Origin: a virus | UHGV virus genome: UHGV-1844214 | Direction: 5' to 3' (one strand) | DNA length: 16,776 nt | Shown: positions 1 to 8,509 of the stretch, piece by piece | How positions within the stretch are numbered: position 1 is the stretch's first letter | Layout: every line of letters starts with the position of its first letter | Program-made: the position numbers and the translations under genes | Notes under the pieces: generated by a model | Told to the model about the DNA's origin: nothing | What the model saw: the letters and a program-made list of their open reading frames with translations, nothing else | Database searches by the model: none

Positions 1-370
1 AGATATTGCTGCAACGGTCGATAGCCTGACGAATATCACCGCGATCAATCATCGGCAAAGCGCCACGCTCCTTAATCTGCTGCAATGCAACAGCATCCTG
101 GCTTTTAGGAGAGAAGTCTTTCAGGCCAAGCTGCTTACGATAGGCATCCCACCAACGGGAAAGAAGCTGGTAACGCCCGGCGGCTGTTGATTTGAGTTTT
201 GGGTTTAGCGTGACAAGTTTGCGAGGGTGATCAGAGTAATCAGTGAATAGCTCTCCGCCTACAATGACGTCATAACCATGATTTCTGGTTTTCTGTCGTC
301 CGTTATCAGTCCCCTCTGACCACGCCAGCATATCGAGGAACGCCTTACGTTGATTATTGATTTCCACCAT
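1..370 (-). CDS. R: Endolysin R (lambda-type lytic transglycosylase); C-terminus runs off the window
   Basis: Minus-strand translation from ATG at 370..368 reads [53 protein letters not shown]..., matching lambda R as recalled. Start overlaps the S stop as in lambda. Confidence 0.9.
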   Translation of the reverse strand, partial: MVEINNQRKAFLDMLAWSEGTDNGRQKTRNHGYDVIVGGELFTDYSDHPRKLVTLNPKLKSTAAGRYQLLSRWWDAYRKQLGLKDFSPKSQDAVALQQIKERGALPMIDRGDIRQAIDRCSNI

Positions 371-677
371 CTTCTACTCCGGCTTTTTTAGCAGCGAAGC
401 GTTTGATAAGCGAACCAATCGAGTCAGTACCGATGTAGCCGATGAACACGCTCGTTATATAAGCGAGATTGCTACTTAGTCCGGCGAAGTCGAGAAGATC
501 ACGAATGAACCAGGCGATAATGGCGCACATCGTTGCGTCGATTACTGTTTTTGTAAACGCACCGCCATTATATCTGCCGCGAAGGTACGCCATTGCAAAC
601 GCAAGGATTGCCCCGATGCCTTGTTCCTTTGCCGCAAGAATGGCGGCTAACAGGTCATGTTTTTCTGGCATCTTCAT
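354..677 (-). CDS. S: Holin/antiholin S (107 aa, Met1-Lys2-Met3 dual-start motif)
   Basis: ORF-track protein [39 protein letters not shown]... is essentially lambda S as recalled. Sits directly upstream of R. Confidence 0.95.
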   Translation of the reverse strand: MKMPEKHDLLAAILAAKEQGIGAILAFAMAYLRGRYNGGAFTKTVIDATMCAIIAWFIRDLLDFAGLSSNLAYITSVFIGYIGTDSIGSLIKRFAAKKAGVEDGGNQ

Positions 678-1081
678 GTCTTACCCCCAATAAGGGGATT
701 TGCTCTATTTAATTAGGAATAAGGTCGATTACTGATCGAACAAATCCAGGCTACTGTGTTTAGTAATCAGATTTGTTCGTGACCGATATGCACGGGCAAA
801 ACGGCAGGAGGTTGTTAGCGCAGCCTCTTGCCATCCGCTTTCACGAAGGTCATGTGTAGAAGGCCGCAGCGTAACTATTACTAATGAATTCAGAACAGAC
901 AGTGGCTACGGCTCAGTTTGGGTTGTGCTGTTGCTGGGCGGCGATGACGCCTGTACGCATTTGGTGATCCGGTTCTGCTTCCGGTATTCGCTTAATTCAG
1001 CACAACGGAAAGAGCACTGGCTAACCAGGCTCGCCGACTCTTCACGATTATCGACTCAATGCTCTTACCTGTTGTGCAGAT

Positions 1082-1142
1082 ATAAAAAATCCCGAAACCG
1101 TTATGCAGGCTCTAACTATTACCTGCGAACTGTTTCGGGATT
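1082..1142 (-). terminator. tR' terminator ending the short pR' leader transcript
   Basis: Minus-strand reads ...GCATAACGGTTTCGGGATTTTTTATATCTG: inverted repeat AATCCCGAAAC/GTTTCGGGATT followed by a T-run, matching lambda tR' as recalled. Confidence 0.7.
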
Positions 1143-1276
1143 GCATTTTGCAGACCTCTCTGCCTGCGATGGTTGGAGTTCCAGACGATACGTCGAAGTG
1201 ACCAACTAGGCGGAATCGGTAGTAAGCGCCGCCTCTTTTCATCTCACTACCACAACGAGCGAATTAACCCATCGTT
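1083..1276 (-). ncRNA. Short late leader transcript (6S RNA) from pR' to tR'
   Basis: Distance from the inferred pR' start (about 1276) to the tR' U-tract (about 1083) is about 194 nt, the expected lambda 6S RNA length. Confidence 0.55.
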
Positions 1277-1312
1277 GAGTCAAATTTACCCAATTTTATT
1301 CAATAAGTCAAT
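1262..1312 (-). promoter_or_regulatory. Late promoter pR' with overlapping qut (Q-utilisation) site
   Basis: On the minus strand, -35 TTGACT (1311..1306) and -10 TAAATT (1288..1283) with a 17-bp spacer; flanking sequence TTGACTTATTGAATAAAATTGGGTAAATTTGACTCAACGATGGGTTAATTC matches lambda pR'/qut as recalled. Confidence 0.75.
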
Positions 1313-1353
1313 ATCATGCCGTTAATATGTTGCCATCCGTGGCAATCATGCTG

Positions 1354-1977
1354 CTAACGTGTGACCGCATTCAAAATGTTGTCTGCGATTGACTCTTCTT
1401 TGTGGCATTGCACCACCAGAGCGTCATACAGCGGCTTAACAGTGCGTGACCAGGTGGGTTGGGTAAGGTTTGGGATTAGCATCGTCACAGCGCGATATGC
1501 TGCGCTTGCTGGCATCCTTGAATAGCCGACGCCTTTGCATCTTCCGCACTCTTTCTCGACAACTCTCCCCCACAGCTCTGTTTTGGCAATATCAACCGCA
1601 CGGCCTGTACCGTGGCAATCTCTGCATCTTGCCCCCGGCGTCGCGGCACTACGGCAATAATCCGCATAAGCGAATGTTGCGAGCACTTGCAGTACCTTTG
1701 CCTTAGTATTTCCTTCAAGCTTTGCCACACCACGGTATTTCCCCGATACCTTGTGTGCAAATTGCATCAGATAGTTGATAGCCTTTTGTTTGTCGTTCTG
1801 GCTGAGTTCGTGCTTACCGCAGAATGCAGCCATACCGAATCCGGCTTGTGATTGCGCCATCCCCATAGCAGCCATCACATCAGTACCGGAAAGAGAGTCA
1901 GAAGCCGTGGCCCGTGGTGAGTCGCTCATCATCGGGCTTTTTGGCGAATGAAATTTAGCTACGCTTTCGAGTCTCAT
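1354..1977 (-). CDS. Q: Late antiterminator Q (207 aa)
   Basis: ORF-track protein [83 protein letters not shown]... matches lambda Q in sequence and length as recalled; Cys-rich zinc-binding region (CRDCHG...CGRCKG); lies directly upstream of pR'. Confidence 0.95.
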   Translation of the reverse strand: MRLESVAKFHSPKSPMMSDSPRATASDSLSGTDVMAAMGMAQSQAGFGMAAFCGKHELSQNDKQKAINYLMQFAHKVSGKYRGVAKLEGNTKAKVLQVLATFAYADYCRSAATPGARCRDCHGTGRAVDIAKTELWGRVVEKECGRCKGVGYSRMPASAAYRAVTMLIPNLTQPTWSRTVKPLYDALVVQCHKEESIADNILNAVTR

Positions 1978-2639
1978 GCGCCTTCTCCCTGTACCTGAAT
2001 CAATGTGAGGTTTCCGCAGAACACTGCGCCGGTATCGATATACATCTGGTTGGCAAACTTGAGTGGTTTCACTGCTGGCGTATGACCAAAGATGAACGTG
2101 TCCGCGCCTTTGATTTCTTTCACGATCCCGTCTTGTGAGTTGCTGATTCGTTCGCGGTTCCAGATTACCTGCTGATGATCAACTGGCTTTCCAAACTCGT
2201 ATTCGTCACAAGGATAATCGGCGTGGCAGATGACATATTTTTTTCCTTTACTCACCAGTTCGATGATTAACGGAAGTTCATCTGCTTTATGGGCAAGAGC
2301 TTTAGCCAGAATTTCTTTGTCGTAATCGAGATTAAAGAACCAGCCACCGCCATTAAGCAGCCAGTGATTGACGTTTCCACGCTCTGATAAGCCATCAATC
2401 ATCATTTGCTCATGGTTTCCACGTACAGCTCTGAACCAGGGGAATGTGATTAATTCCAGACATTCGACGTTCTCTGTACCGCGATCAACCAAATCGCCCA
2501 CCGAGATAAGCAGGTCTTTTTTGGTGTCGAATCCTATCGTCTCCAGTTTTTTCATCAGGTTCGTGTAGCATCCGTGCAGATCGCCAACTACCCAAATATT
2601 TCGGTATTTGCTGCCATCAATTTTTTCGTAATAGCGCAT
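1974..2639 (-). CDS. ninI: NinI serine/threonine protein phosphatase (lambda ORF-221 type)
   Basis: Internal start [24 protein letters not shown]... gives 221 aa; metallophosphatase motifs GDLHG, GDLVDRG, GNHE; 23-bp overlap with ninH as in lambda. The ORF-track start at 2714 is an upstream in-frame extension. Confidence 0.85.
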   Translation of the reverse strand: MRYYEKIDGSKYRNIWVVGDLHGCYTNLMKKLETIGFDTKKDLLISVGDLVDRGTENVECLELITFPWFRAVRGNHEQMMIDGLSERGNVNHWLLNGGGWFFNLDYDKEILAKALAHKADELPLIIELVSKGKKYVICHADYPCDEYEFGKPVDHQQVIWNRERISNSQDGIVKEIKGADTFIFGHTPAVKPLKFANQMYIDTGAVFCGNLTLIQVQGEGA

Positions 2640-2823
2640 CTCTTTCACTCCATCCGCGATGAACCATGAGAACGTCGTTGACGATGGCGTGCATTTTCCC
2701 GTCTTTATCATCAACGTATTTTCTGACCGTACCGCGACTACATTTCAGTCTGCGTGCTACTTCTGTCTGGTTTCCGTATGCTTCAACGAGCATGTCTGGA
2801 ATGGTTTTTACTGAGAACGTCAT
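2617..2823 (-). CDS. ninH: NinH (68 aa)
   Basis: ORF-track protein [37 protein letters not shown]...; position and size match lambda NinH; ATGA overlap with the ninG stop. Confidence 0.85.
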   Translation of the reverse strand: MTFSVKTIPDMLVEAYGNQTEVARRLKCSRGTVRKYVDDKDGKMHAIVNDVLMVHRGWSERDALLRKN

Positions 2824-3431
2824 GCGGCCTCACTTCTGCTATTTCGCAGGTCTTTGAGTTTCTGCTGATACTCCGCCTTGATGGCCCTGCACTCTTCGAC
2901 AGTCCAGCGATGGCGGTTATGGTTTGATTCGATTTCGTCTACTGCTTCCTGCCCGATGCGATTAATCAGTTCGACGCGATACGGAACGAGATTTCCGCTT
3001 TTGTGCTGGTTGCACACCACGCATTGCTTGTGAATATTGCGTTCATCAAATCGGAGTTGAGGTGCCGCAGCAGTTGTCCGGTAATGTCCGGCATCCCACT
3101 GAGCAGACGTGAGCGTTCCGCACGAGATACATGGTAAGTCGCGGTCTCTTTCTCTGATGAAGGCGTTTACGGCTTGTTGGGCTTGTTTAATCCAGTAACT
3201 GCGGGGCTTTAAGGCGAGTTTTCGAATCTTAAGTTTATCTTTCTGTCTCTGATCCTCTCGTCGTCGTTTCTTCTCTGCTGCTTTTTCCGCTTTTTCGCGT
3301 TCTTTACTTCGTCGTTCGAGTGCTATCTTGGTTCCACACTCTGGAGAGCACCACCACTGATTAGCGAATGCAGGGTGAAACCATTCCCGACATTCATCGT
3401 TTTTACATCGTCTTCGCGCTGGTTTAGCCAT
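2820..3431 (-). CDS. ninG: NinG / Rap recombination-associated protein (203 aa)
   Basis: ORF-track protein [41 protein letters not shown]... with Cys-rich N-terminus, lambda NinG-like; start overlaps the ninF stop. Confidence 0.9.
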   Translation of the reverse strand: MAKPARRRCKNDECREWFHPAFANQWWCSPECGTKIALERRSKEREKAEKAAEKKRRREDQRQKDKLKIRKLALKPRSYWIKQAQQAVNAFIRERDRDLPCISCGTLTSAQWDAGHYRTTAAAPQLRFDERNIHKQCVVCNQHKSGNLVPYRVELINRIGQEAVDEIESNHNRHRWTVEECRAIKAEYQQKLKDLRNSRSEAA

Positions 3432-3594
3432 CGTCTTCTTCCTCGTACATTGAGCTATTCGGATCGCTCATCAGTTCTGCGCAGCAGTGCTCACACACGT
3501 GAACTTCCAGCACATGCAGCTTCTGGCCGCAGTTAGCGCACGTTAAAGCCCGCTCGACGCTTCCTTGTTCGTAACTTCGATTTTGGTCAATCAC
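3424..3594 (-). CDS. ninF: NinF (56 aa, GTG start)
   Basis: Hand translation of the minus strand from GTG at 3594: (V/M)[55 protein letters not shown]. Below the ORF-track size cutoff. GTGA overlap with ninE stop, ATGGCTAA overlap with ninG start. Confidence 0.7.
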   Translation of the reverse strand: MIDQNRSYEQGSVERALTCANCGQKLHVLEVHVCEHCCAELMSDPNSSMYEEEDDG

Positions 3595-3773
3595 CTTGTT
3601 TTCCTCGCACGTTCTCTAAGCCACCGGATATCCCACAGGTGAGCCGTGTAGTTGAAGGTTTTTACGTCAGATTCTTTTGGGATTGGCTTGCGTTTATTTC
3701 TGGAGCGTTTCGTTGGAAGGTATTTGCAGTTTTCACAGATTATGTCGGTGATGCTTCGTCGCTGTCGTCTCAT
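3591..3773 (-). CDS. ninE: NinE (60 aa)
   Basis: Internal Met of the 90-aa ORF-track entry: [52 protein letters not shown]..., lambda NinE-like; ATGA overlap with the upstream methyltransferase stop. Confidence 0.8.
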   Translation of the reverse strand: MRRQRRSITDIICENCKYLPTKRSRNKRKPIPKESDVKTFNYTAHLWDIRWLRERARKTR

Positions 3774-4297
3774 GCCGCCCTCCTGACGCCCTGCCCGATC
3801 GCCATCAATGCCGCTTTGGATACGGTAGTAAACATCCGTCGAGGACTGATGAACGGTCGCCAAATCAGCAGCATGGAGCCTTTGCTGTTTCCCTTCTTCT
3901 CCAGCCCTGTCGATGGTTCGATAAAATTAATCCGTCCATCAGTGATAATACGAACTTCGTCAACACTCTCCAGAGCCTTGCTGAACCATCCGACAGACAT
4001 ATCCTCTGGCACAAGCATCACTACCGTCTGTCGTTGTTGTATGCACTGCTCAGCGGCTTTTTCCACCCACGGCCTGATATTGCTGTACGGTGGGTTATTC
4101 CAGATTGCACCGTGGCTTATCCACTCAGAATTTAGCGCGTCGTCGGCCTCAGTTAGCCAGTGAGCGCACAGAGCATTTTTGTCGCTCGCTGCCGAATCCA
4201 GCCAGAATCCAAACTCAATATCCAGTGCATCAAAAAGCCAAAGCGGCGTTTGCCAGCAGTCCTTGTCGTGTGCTGGCGTATTTGATTTGATAGTCAT
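3770..4297 (-). CDS. Phage Dam-like DNA N6-adenine methyltransferase (about 175 aa)
   Basis: Motif IV NPPY (..[15 protein letters not shown]..) plus upstream FGFWLD segment; sits where lambda has ninC/ninD. Start taken at ATG 4297 (ATGA overlap with the ninB stop, AAGGGAAGG upstream); an alternative ATG at 4324 lies inside ninB. Confidence 0.75.
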   Translation of the reverse strand: MTIKSNTPAHDKDCWQTPLWLFDALDIEFGFWLDSAASDKNALCAHWLTEADDALNSEWISHGAIWNNPPYSNIRPWVEKAAEQCIQQRQTVVMLVPEDMSVGWFSKALESVDEVRIITDGRINFIEPSTGLEKKGNSKGSMLLIWRPFISPRRMFTTVSKAALMAIGQGVRRAA

Positions 4298-4740
4298 GCA
4301 GCCTTCCCTTTTCGTTGTGACCATTCATACTCTCGCCGGGAGTCATCACTCCACCGCACGTTGCGCTCTGAGCCGAACCAGAACATGATTTCGATAAGCT
4401 CAGTCATGCTGGCCTTTCGCATTTTGCTGGTACGCACTCCAAGCATAACAACGCCACCGTCGATACCAGGCGCACTTCGTTGCTCCAGTTTTTTGGTCTT
4501 AAGCCACAGAGCAGTGAACAGATCTTTCCAGTCCTCCGGCGCAAGTCTCTGTCCATGCCAAAGCACCTGACGCGAAACATCGTTCAGCATCGGCCACATA
4601 CGGTCATTCTGCGCTTTGCTCCGCTTGGGTTCTTTAATGTGGACTTCGTGAGGTGACTTGTCGTCGATGGGAAGTGAGAGTATTGCGTCTATGGCGTTGT
4701 TTCTGATTGCTTCGTTGCGAAGCATGTATATTTGCTTCAT
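4294..4740 (-). CDS. ninB: NinB-like protein (148 aa), divergent allele
   Basis: ORF-track protein shares the lambda NinB pattern (..DVSRQV.WHG..L..E.WK..FTA..K.......G..VV.G..TS.M.......L.E.....G.ER.V.WSD..R...EW...). Similar but not identical to lambda as recalled. Confidence 0.75.
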   Translation of the reverse strand: MKQIYMLRNEAIRNNAIDAILSLPIDDKSPHEVHIKEPKRSKAQNDRMWPMLNDVSRQVLWHGQRLAPEDWKDLFTALWLKTKKLEQRSAPGIDGGVVMLGVRTSKMRKASMTELIEIMFWFGSERNVRWSDDSRREYEWSQRKGKAA

Positions 4741-4762
4741 CGTTACCTCGACTTAATTCTGC

Positions 4763-5089
4763 TCATTGATACCCTCTCTCACTTAATCGCCTCCACGCTT
4801 CGTTAAACTCCTCTCTGGTTGCGCCGGATTTTCTTTCTTCAAACATCATGCATTCGCTGATGTCTCCCCATGACTTTGGTCGCTTTTCAGCGAACAGATC
4901 ATCCCATTCGAATACCCAGCGGCCTGATTTTCGGTAGTGGTAAATGGTCAGCCATGTTGTGCTGTTCGCTGGATACCCATAGAGAACTTCGACTTTTTGA
5001 TCACGGTCTTTATGCTTTTTCAGCAGGATAAAGCCAGCAACCAGTGAAGCTCCGGCAAGAATGATGATTGGAATTTGCCAGTCAGCCAC
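4763..5089 (-). CDS. Hypothetical membrane-anchored protein (108 aa, one N-terminal TM segment; GTG start)
   Basis: ORF track; hydrophobic N-terminus IPIIILAGASLVAGFILL then a charged soluble domain; GGAGGG 4 nt upstream of the GTG start. Occupies the lambda ren position. Confidence 0.5.
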   Translation of the reverse strand: MADWQIPIIILAGASLVAGFILLKKHKDRDQKVEVLYGYPANSTTWLTIYHYRKSGRWVFEWDDLFAEKRPKSWGDISECMMFEERKSGATREEFNEAWRRLSERGYQ

Positions 5090-5101
5090 ACTTCCCTCCG
5101 C

Positions 5102-5308
5102 TTAACTCACAAAACTCCACGCCATTTTTGCTACGACAACAGGCATAACACCGATAATCACCCACAGGAGAATGCTACCGAAAAGCACACCCACCATGTC
5201 TTTACCTTCGCCTACCAACCGGACAAAACTGCTGGCAACCACAATGAACGTCGCCACCATCCACATAGCACCGAGAATCCTCAATGCAGAGAAAATTAAC
5301 TCAACCAC
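5102..5308 (-). CDS. Hypothetical small membrane protein (68 aa, two predicted TM segments; GTG start)
   Basis: ORF track; two hydrophobic stretches (MWMVATFIVVASSFV and VLFGSILLWVIIGVMPVVV); GGAGAG 6 nt upstream of GTG; stop 12 nt before the next gene. Confidence 0.45.
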   Translation of the reverse strand: MVELIFSALRILGAMWMVATFIVVASSFVRLVGEGKDMVGVLFGSILLWVIIGVMPVVVAKMAWSFVS

Positions 5309-5322
5309 GATTTACTCTCCCC

Positions 5323-5355
5323 CAAATAAAAAGGCCTGCGATTACCAGCAGGCCT
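5323..5355 (-). terminator. Intrinsic terminator candidate downstream of the helicase gene (tR2-like position)
   Basis: Minus-strand RNA would form AGGCCTGC-(8-nt loop)-GCAGGCCT followed by TTTTATTT. Lambda has tR2 at the equivalent place between the replication genes and the nin region. Confidence 0.45.
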
Positions 5356-5383
5356 GCTATCAGCTCAGTGATGTAGATGGTCA

Positions 5384-6820
5384 TCAGAATCCTCCTTTCT
5401 TCTTGGACTGCGGTTCCTCGCGTTCACGGCGGCGCATTTCAGCAGACTGTTGGTCTGTGTCATAAATAGCGCCATTTGCCTGAATGCAATACACCGTGCC
5501 GGTATTGCCATGACGATTGAGACGAAGGATTAGTTCAGTTTCACCAGGTGGAACACTGTCATCAAAAGCGCCTTCACGATGGATCCCCACCCAATAATCG
5601 CAATCCTGTTCAATCTGCCCTGTATCTCGTGAGTCACTTGGTAATGGGCGTTTATTGGTTCGGCTTTCCAGTGCGCGGTTAAGCTGCGTCAGAAGCACAA
5701 CAACGCAATCAAGCTCTTTGGCAAGGTTCTTCAGTCCTTTGGTGATCATGCCGTAGGCAAGGTCGTTGCGATCGGCCTTCTCAGCGGTCATTAGTGTCAG
5801 GTAATCGACCAGAATCATGCCAACACATCCTTTTTCTCGCTTGATTCGACGGCTTTCGCTGACGATTTGAGCCAGAGATAATCCCGGCGTGTCGTCGATG
5901 TAAAGCAGGTCGATTTCACTCAAGCGATTGGCTGTTTCGATCGCCCTGTTGAAGTCACCATCGTAATCACCCTGATAGCCGTCATCAGCGTCATTTGTCG
6001 CCGGAAGGTAAAAAATATTCGGGTTAACACCTGACTTCTGTCCTACCAGTTTTTCCAGTATCTGGTCACCGGGCATTTCAAGGCTGAACATCAGAGCAGG
6101 CTTTTTCTCATGCACTGCGCAGTTGATTGCCATCTGGCTGTATAGTGTCGTTTTCCCCATCTTAGGGCGAGCGCCAATGACAAACAGAGAGCCTTTCACC
6201 AGACCTTTCGGTGACAGCATCCTGTCCAGCGATGGGATCCCTGTGCTCATTCCTCGCTGTTCGCCTGACGGGTCAAATCGCTTCTCAAGGTCGCTAACCC
6301 AGTCTTCCATGACCTCACCAAATGAGCGAAGGCCGCGACGCGATCCGGTTTTTGCATGGTCTGTCAGTTGCGTGAAAATCGCCTGAATAGCTTCGTACTT
6401 CTGCGTTGCAGTCATTCCGTTGCGGGAATAGAGCAATTCCGTCGCTTCAGTCATGCGGTTGATGGCGTAGCGTTCCATTGCGGTTTCACGAACCTGCATT
6501 GCATAGGCAACGATGTTTGCGGCGCTTGGCGTGTTCTTTGCGATCTCAGCGATATAAGCAAAACCGCCAACAGACGCCGTTAACGATTTACGCTCCAGTT
6601 CATCGAAAAGCGTCAGGCCATCTACTGGCTTTTGCTCCCGGTGCATTCTGGTTATTTCTTCGAAAAGGATTTTGTGTGGTCGGCTGTAAAATGAATCAGG
6701 CTTCAGCATCGCCAGAACTTTCTGGACGCGCTCACTGCTGTCATCATCCAGAAGCAATCCACCAATCACCGCCTGCTCTGCCTCGATGCTATGGGGCGGC
6801 GCATAAAAATTATCGGTCAT
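5384..6820 (-). CDS. Replicative DNA helicase, DnaB family (about 478 aa)
   Basis: Walker A GARPKMGKTT, DnaB-type N-terminal domain (HSIEAEQAVIGGLLLD), Walker B-like LILVDYL; replaces lambda P. Start taken at ATG 6820 (GAGGGTG upstream), overlapping the O-like stop by 11 nt; the ORF-track start at 6835 is a GTG. Confidence 0.85.
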   Translation of the reverse strand: MTDNFYAPPHSIEAEQAVIGGLLLDDDSSERVQKVLAMLKPDSFYSRPHKILFEEITRMHREQKPVDGLTLFDELERKSLTASVGGFAYIAEIAKNTPSAANIVAYAMQVRETAMERYAINRMTEATELLYSRNGMTATQKYEAIQAIFTQLTDHAKTGSRRGLRSFGEVMEDWVSDLEKRFDPSGEQRGMSTGIPSLDRMLSPKGLVKGSLFVIGARPKMGKTTLYSQMAINCAVHEKKPALMFSLEMPGDQILEKLVGQKSGVNPNIFYLPATNDADDGYQGDYDGDFNRAIETANRLSEIDLLYIDDTPGLSLAQIVSESRRIKREKGCVGMILVDYLTLMTAEKADRNDLAYGMITKGLKNLAKELDCVVVLLTQLNRALESRTNKRPLPSDSRDTGQIEQDCDYWVGIHREGAFDDSVPPGETELILRLNRHGNTGTVYCIQANGAIYDTDQQSAEMRRREREEPQSKKKGGF

Positions 6821-7709
6821 CGTGTTCACCCTCACGAACTTTCAGGTAGGTATTGTCGTTAAGCAGGAAATCAAATCCCTTTTTGTGCCAGACAGTTCCG
6901 CGTTGATGGTTTGGACGCTCTTCGAACATCCATCGGCAATTTTCGCCTACGTAGCTCAAATAATTTCTCCAGTCCTGCATCGTGAACCCATGCCCGTCAA
7001 GCTGGCGGGTTATCACTCCGGCTTTGCGCCAGAACGTTCGGATCTGGTTTTTACGCTTGTCATTCAGTGCGCGGATTCTTGGCGCTTCAGGAAGGATTTC
7101 GTGGTAAGCATCGACAACATCCTGACAGCTGACGGAAGGTTTTTTCTTGTCAGACTTTTTGTCTGCTGTGGCACTCTCTAATACGTCAGTATTAGAGATA
7201 ATATTATTATATTCTTTATCTGTGGTAATTTGCTGGTAATCTGCTGGTACAGCATTGCTTACAGGCATTGGTATTGCTGGCTTTGAGGTGGTAATTTGCT
7301 GGTAATCTGCTGGTACAAAATTTGACTGATAATCGTCATATTTCTCTACCGAGAAAACTGAGAATTTACCGTGTGAAACCCAGTCAATCATGCCGAGTTT
7401 TTTGAACTTTCTAAGCAGGTACTGAACGCGATCTGGTTTGAGTCCTGTTTCAAACGCCAGAGAGTTTCTACCGCCAAGTAGCTTCCCTCTGCCTACCAGA
7501 ATTTCTCCTGCGTCAGTCATTACATACTCAGGCGTATGCTTTGCTTTGAGGATTAAGTGAACCCACAGATGCGCAGCTTCTGCGTCCTTGTAAAACGGCA
7601 CATCCATAATTTTACGGTGCAGCAAGGCATACCCCTTACCGCTGCTTTGATGCGGTTGTTGTAGCCTTCTGGCCTCTCTGGCTTCGGCTAGATTAGATAT
7701 GTTACTCAT
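6810..7709 (-). CDS. Replication initiator, O-like (299 aa), with iterons inside the coding sequence
   Basis: Sits directly upstream of the helicase in the lambda O position; coding sequence contains direct repeats (peptide [10 protein letters not shown] encoded twice) and an adjacent AT-rich tract; conserved phage replisome-organiser-like C-terminus. Confidence 0.8.
   Translation of the reverse strand: MSNISNLAEAREARRLQQPHQSSGKGYALLHRKIMDVPFYKDAEAAHLWVHLILKAKHTPEYVMTDAGEILVGRGKLLGGRNSLAFETGLKPDRVQYLLRKFKKLGMIDWVSHGKFSVFSVEKYDDYQSNFVPADYQQITTSKPAIPMPVSNAVPADYQQITTDKEYNNIISNTDVLESATADKKSDKKKPSVSCQDVVDAYHEILPEAPRIRALNDKRKNQIRTFWRKAGVITRQLDGHGFTMQDWRNYLSYVGENCRWMFEERPNHQRGTVWHKKGFDFLLNDNTYLKVREGEHDDR
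7175..7317. repeat. Putative origin of replication: iteron array plus flanking AT-rich tract inside the O-like gene
   Basis: The 30-bp unit GTGGTAATTTGCTGGTAATCTGCTGGTACA occurs identically at 7222-7251 and 7288-7317, with degenerate TGCTGG copies between; each unit contains repeated TGCTGGTA sub-motifs. AT-rich stretch at 7175-7220. Confidence 0.6.
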
Positions 7710-7848
7710 GACCTTTCTCCTTCTGCATCAGCTTCACCTTTTCCAACTCAGCCCGGAATCGACCAGGCTGCTTGAAGCTGGACAGGAAGCGATCACGTAG
7801 TATGTGTTTGTGAATTTTGTCCTGGTAAGGACTGAGTTGTTTTGTCAT
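7702..7848 (-). CDS. Hypothetical small basic protein (48 aa), stop overlapping the O-like start
   Basis: Hand translation from ATG 7848 (AGGAG 5 nt upstream): [48 protein letters not shown]; stop TAA overlaps the O-like ATG (ATGAGTAA). Not in the ORF track (under 60 aa). Confidence 0.4.
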   Translation of the reverse strand: MTKQLSPYQDKIHKHILRDRFLSSFKQPGRFRAELEKVKLMQKEKGHE

Positions 7849-7859
7849 AATGACTCCTG

Positions 7860-7936
7860 TGGATTGATCCAGTAATGACCTCAGAACTCCATCTGGATTT
7901 GATCAGAACGCTCGGTTGCCGCCGGGCGTTTTTTAT
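7860..7936 (+). ncRNA. oop: oop antisense RNA (about 77 nt) overlapping the 3' end of cII
   Basis: Plus strand ...GATCCAGTAATGACCTCAGAACTCCATCTGGATTTGATCAGAACGCTCGGTTGCCGCCGGGCGTTTTTTATT matches lambda oop as recalled, including the terminator hairpin and U-tract; convergent with cII. Confidence 0.7.
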
Positions 7937-8174
7937 TGGTGAGAATCGAAGCAACTTGTCGTGCCAATCGAGCCATATCGTCGTCAACGACGCCCCATTC
8001 AAGAACAGCAAGCAGCATTGAGAACTTTGGAATCCAGTCCCTCTTCCACCTGCTGATCTGCGACTTATCAACTCCCACAGCTTCCGCTGTCTTCTCAGTT
8101 CCAAGCATTGCGATTTTGTTAAGCAACGCACTCTCGATTCGTAGAGCCTCGTTGCGTTTGTTTGCACGAACCAT
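7881..8174 (-). CDS. cII: Transcriptional activator CII (97 aa)
   Basis: Internal start [75 protein letters not shown]... is essentially lambda CII as recalled; start context AAGGAAATACTTACATATG matches lambda. Confidence 0.9.
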   Translation of the reverse strand: MVRANKRNEALRIESALLNKIAMLGTEKTAEAVGVDKSQISRWKRDWIPKFSMLLAVLEWGVVDDDMARLARQVASILTNKKRPAATERSDQIQMEF

Positions 8175-8208
8175 ATGTAAGTATTTCCTTAGATAACAAT
8201 TGATTGAA

Positions 8209-8230
8209 TGTATGCAAATAAATGCATACA
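8209..8230 (-). terminator. tR1-region palindrome between nutR and cII
   Basis: Perfect inverted repeat TGTATGCA-aataaa-TGCATACA, matching the lambda sequence recalled just upstream of cII (tR1 region, Rho-dependent in lambda). Confidence 0.45.
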
Positions 8231-8253
8231 CCATAGGTGTGGTTTAATTTGAT

Positions 8254-8286
8254 GCCCTTTTTCAGGGCTGGGATGTGTAAGAGCTG
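8254..8286 (-). promoter_or_regulatory. nutR (boxA-like plus boxB hairpin), N-utilisation site of the rightward operon
   Basis: Minus strand reads CTCTTACACATCCCAGCCCTGAAAAAGGGCATCAAATTAAACC; boxB GCCCTGAAAAAGGGC is identical to lambda nutR boxB as recalled; the boxA-like element reads AGCTCTTACA. Confidence 0.7.
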
Positions 8287-8293
8287 GAATGTC

Positions 8294-8509
8294 TTAAGCG
8301 GCTTTGTGTTCCGGCGGGAACACGTCATCAAGACTGACTTTTGCGCCTAACTTGTTTAGGCACTCAACAAGAGCACGGCATGTTTTAAGGTCTGGGAAGC
8401 GACGACCAGATTCCCAATGTCCGATAGCTCCCTGTGTGCATCCAACTGCCTTAGCAAGTGTTGTTTGAGAGATATTCAGTGACTCTCGATATTTTCGTAG
8501 GTTGCTCAT
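8294..8509 (-). CDS. cro: Cro-like repressor (71 aa, HTH), heteroimmune relative to lambda
   Basis: Internal start MSNLRKYRESLNISQTTLAKAVGCTQGAIGHWESGRRFPDLKTCRALVECLNKLG... with GGAGGG SD; HTH (ISQTTLAKAVGCTQGAIGHW) closely parallels the cI HTH; divergent from the adjacent cI across the operator region. The ORF-track start at 8680 is an upstream non-ATG extension. Confidence 0.75.
   Translation of the reverse strand: MSNLRKYRESLNISQTTLAKAVGCTQGAIGHWESGRRFPDLKTCRALVECLNKLGAKVSLDDVFPPEHKAA

Noticed and set aside
469-1242. ORF-track entries 469-693 (+), 925-1209 (+) and 1048-1242 (-) in the S gene and late leader region
   Set aside because: They overlap S on the opposite strand or fall in the pR'-tR' leader region, which matches lambda non-coding sequence as recalled; no SD.
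1470-1851. ORFs nested within Q on either strand (1470-1706, 1485-1760, 1612-1851)
   Set aside because: Alternative-frame or antisense ORFs inside the well-supported Q gene; equivalent nested entries inside the helicase, O-like, methyltransferase, ninE, cII and cI genes were likewise ignored.
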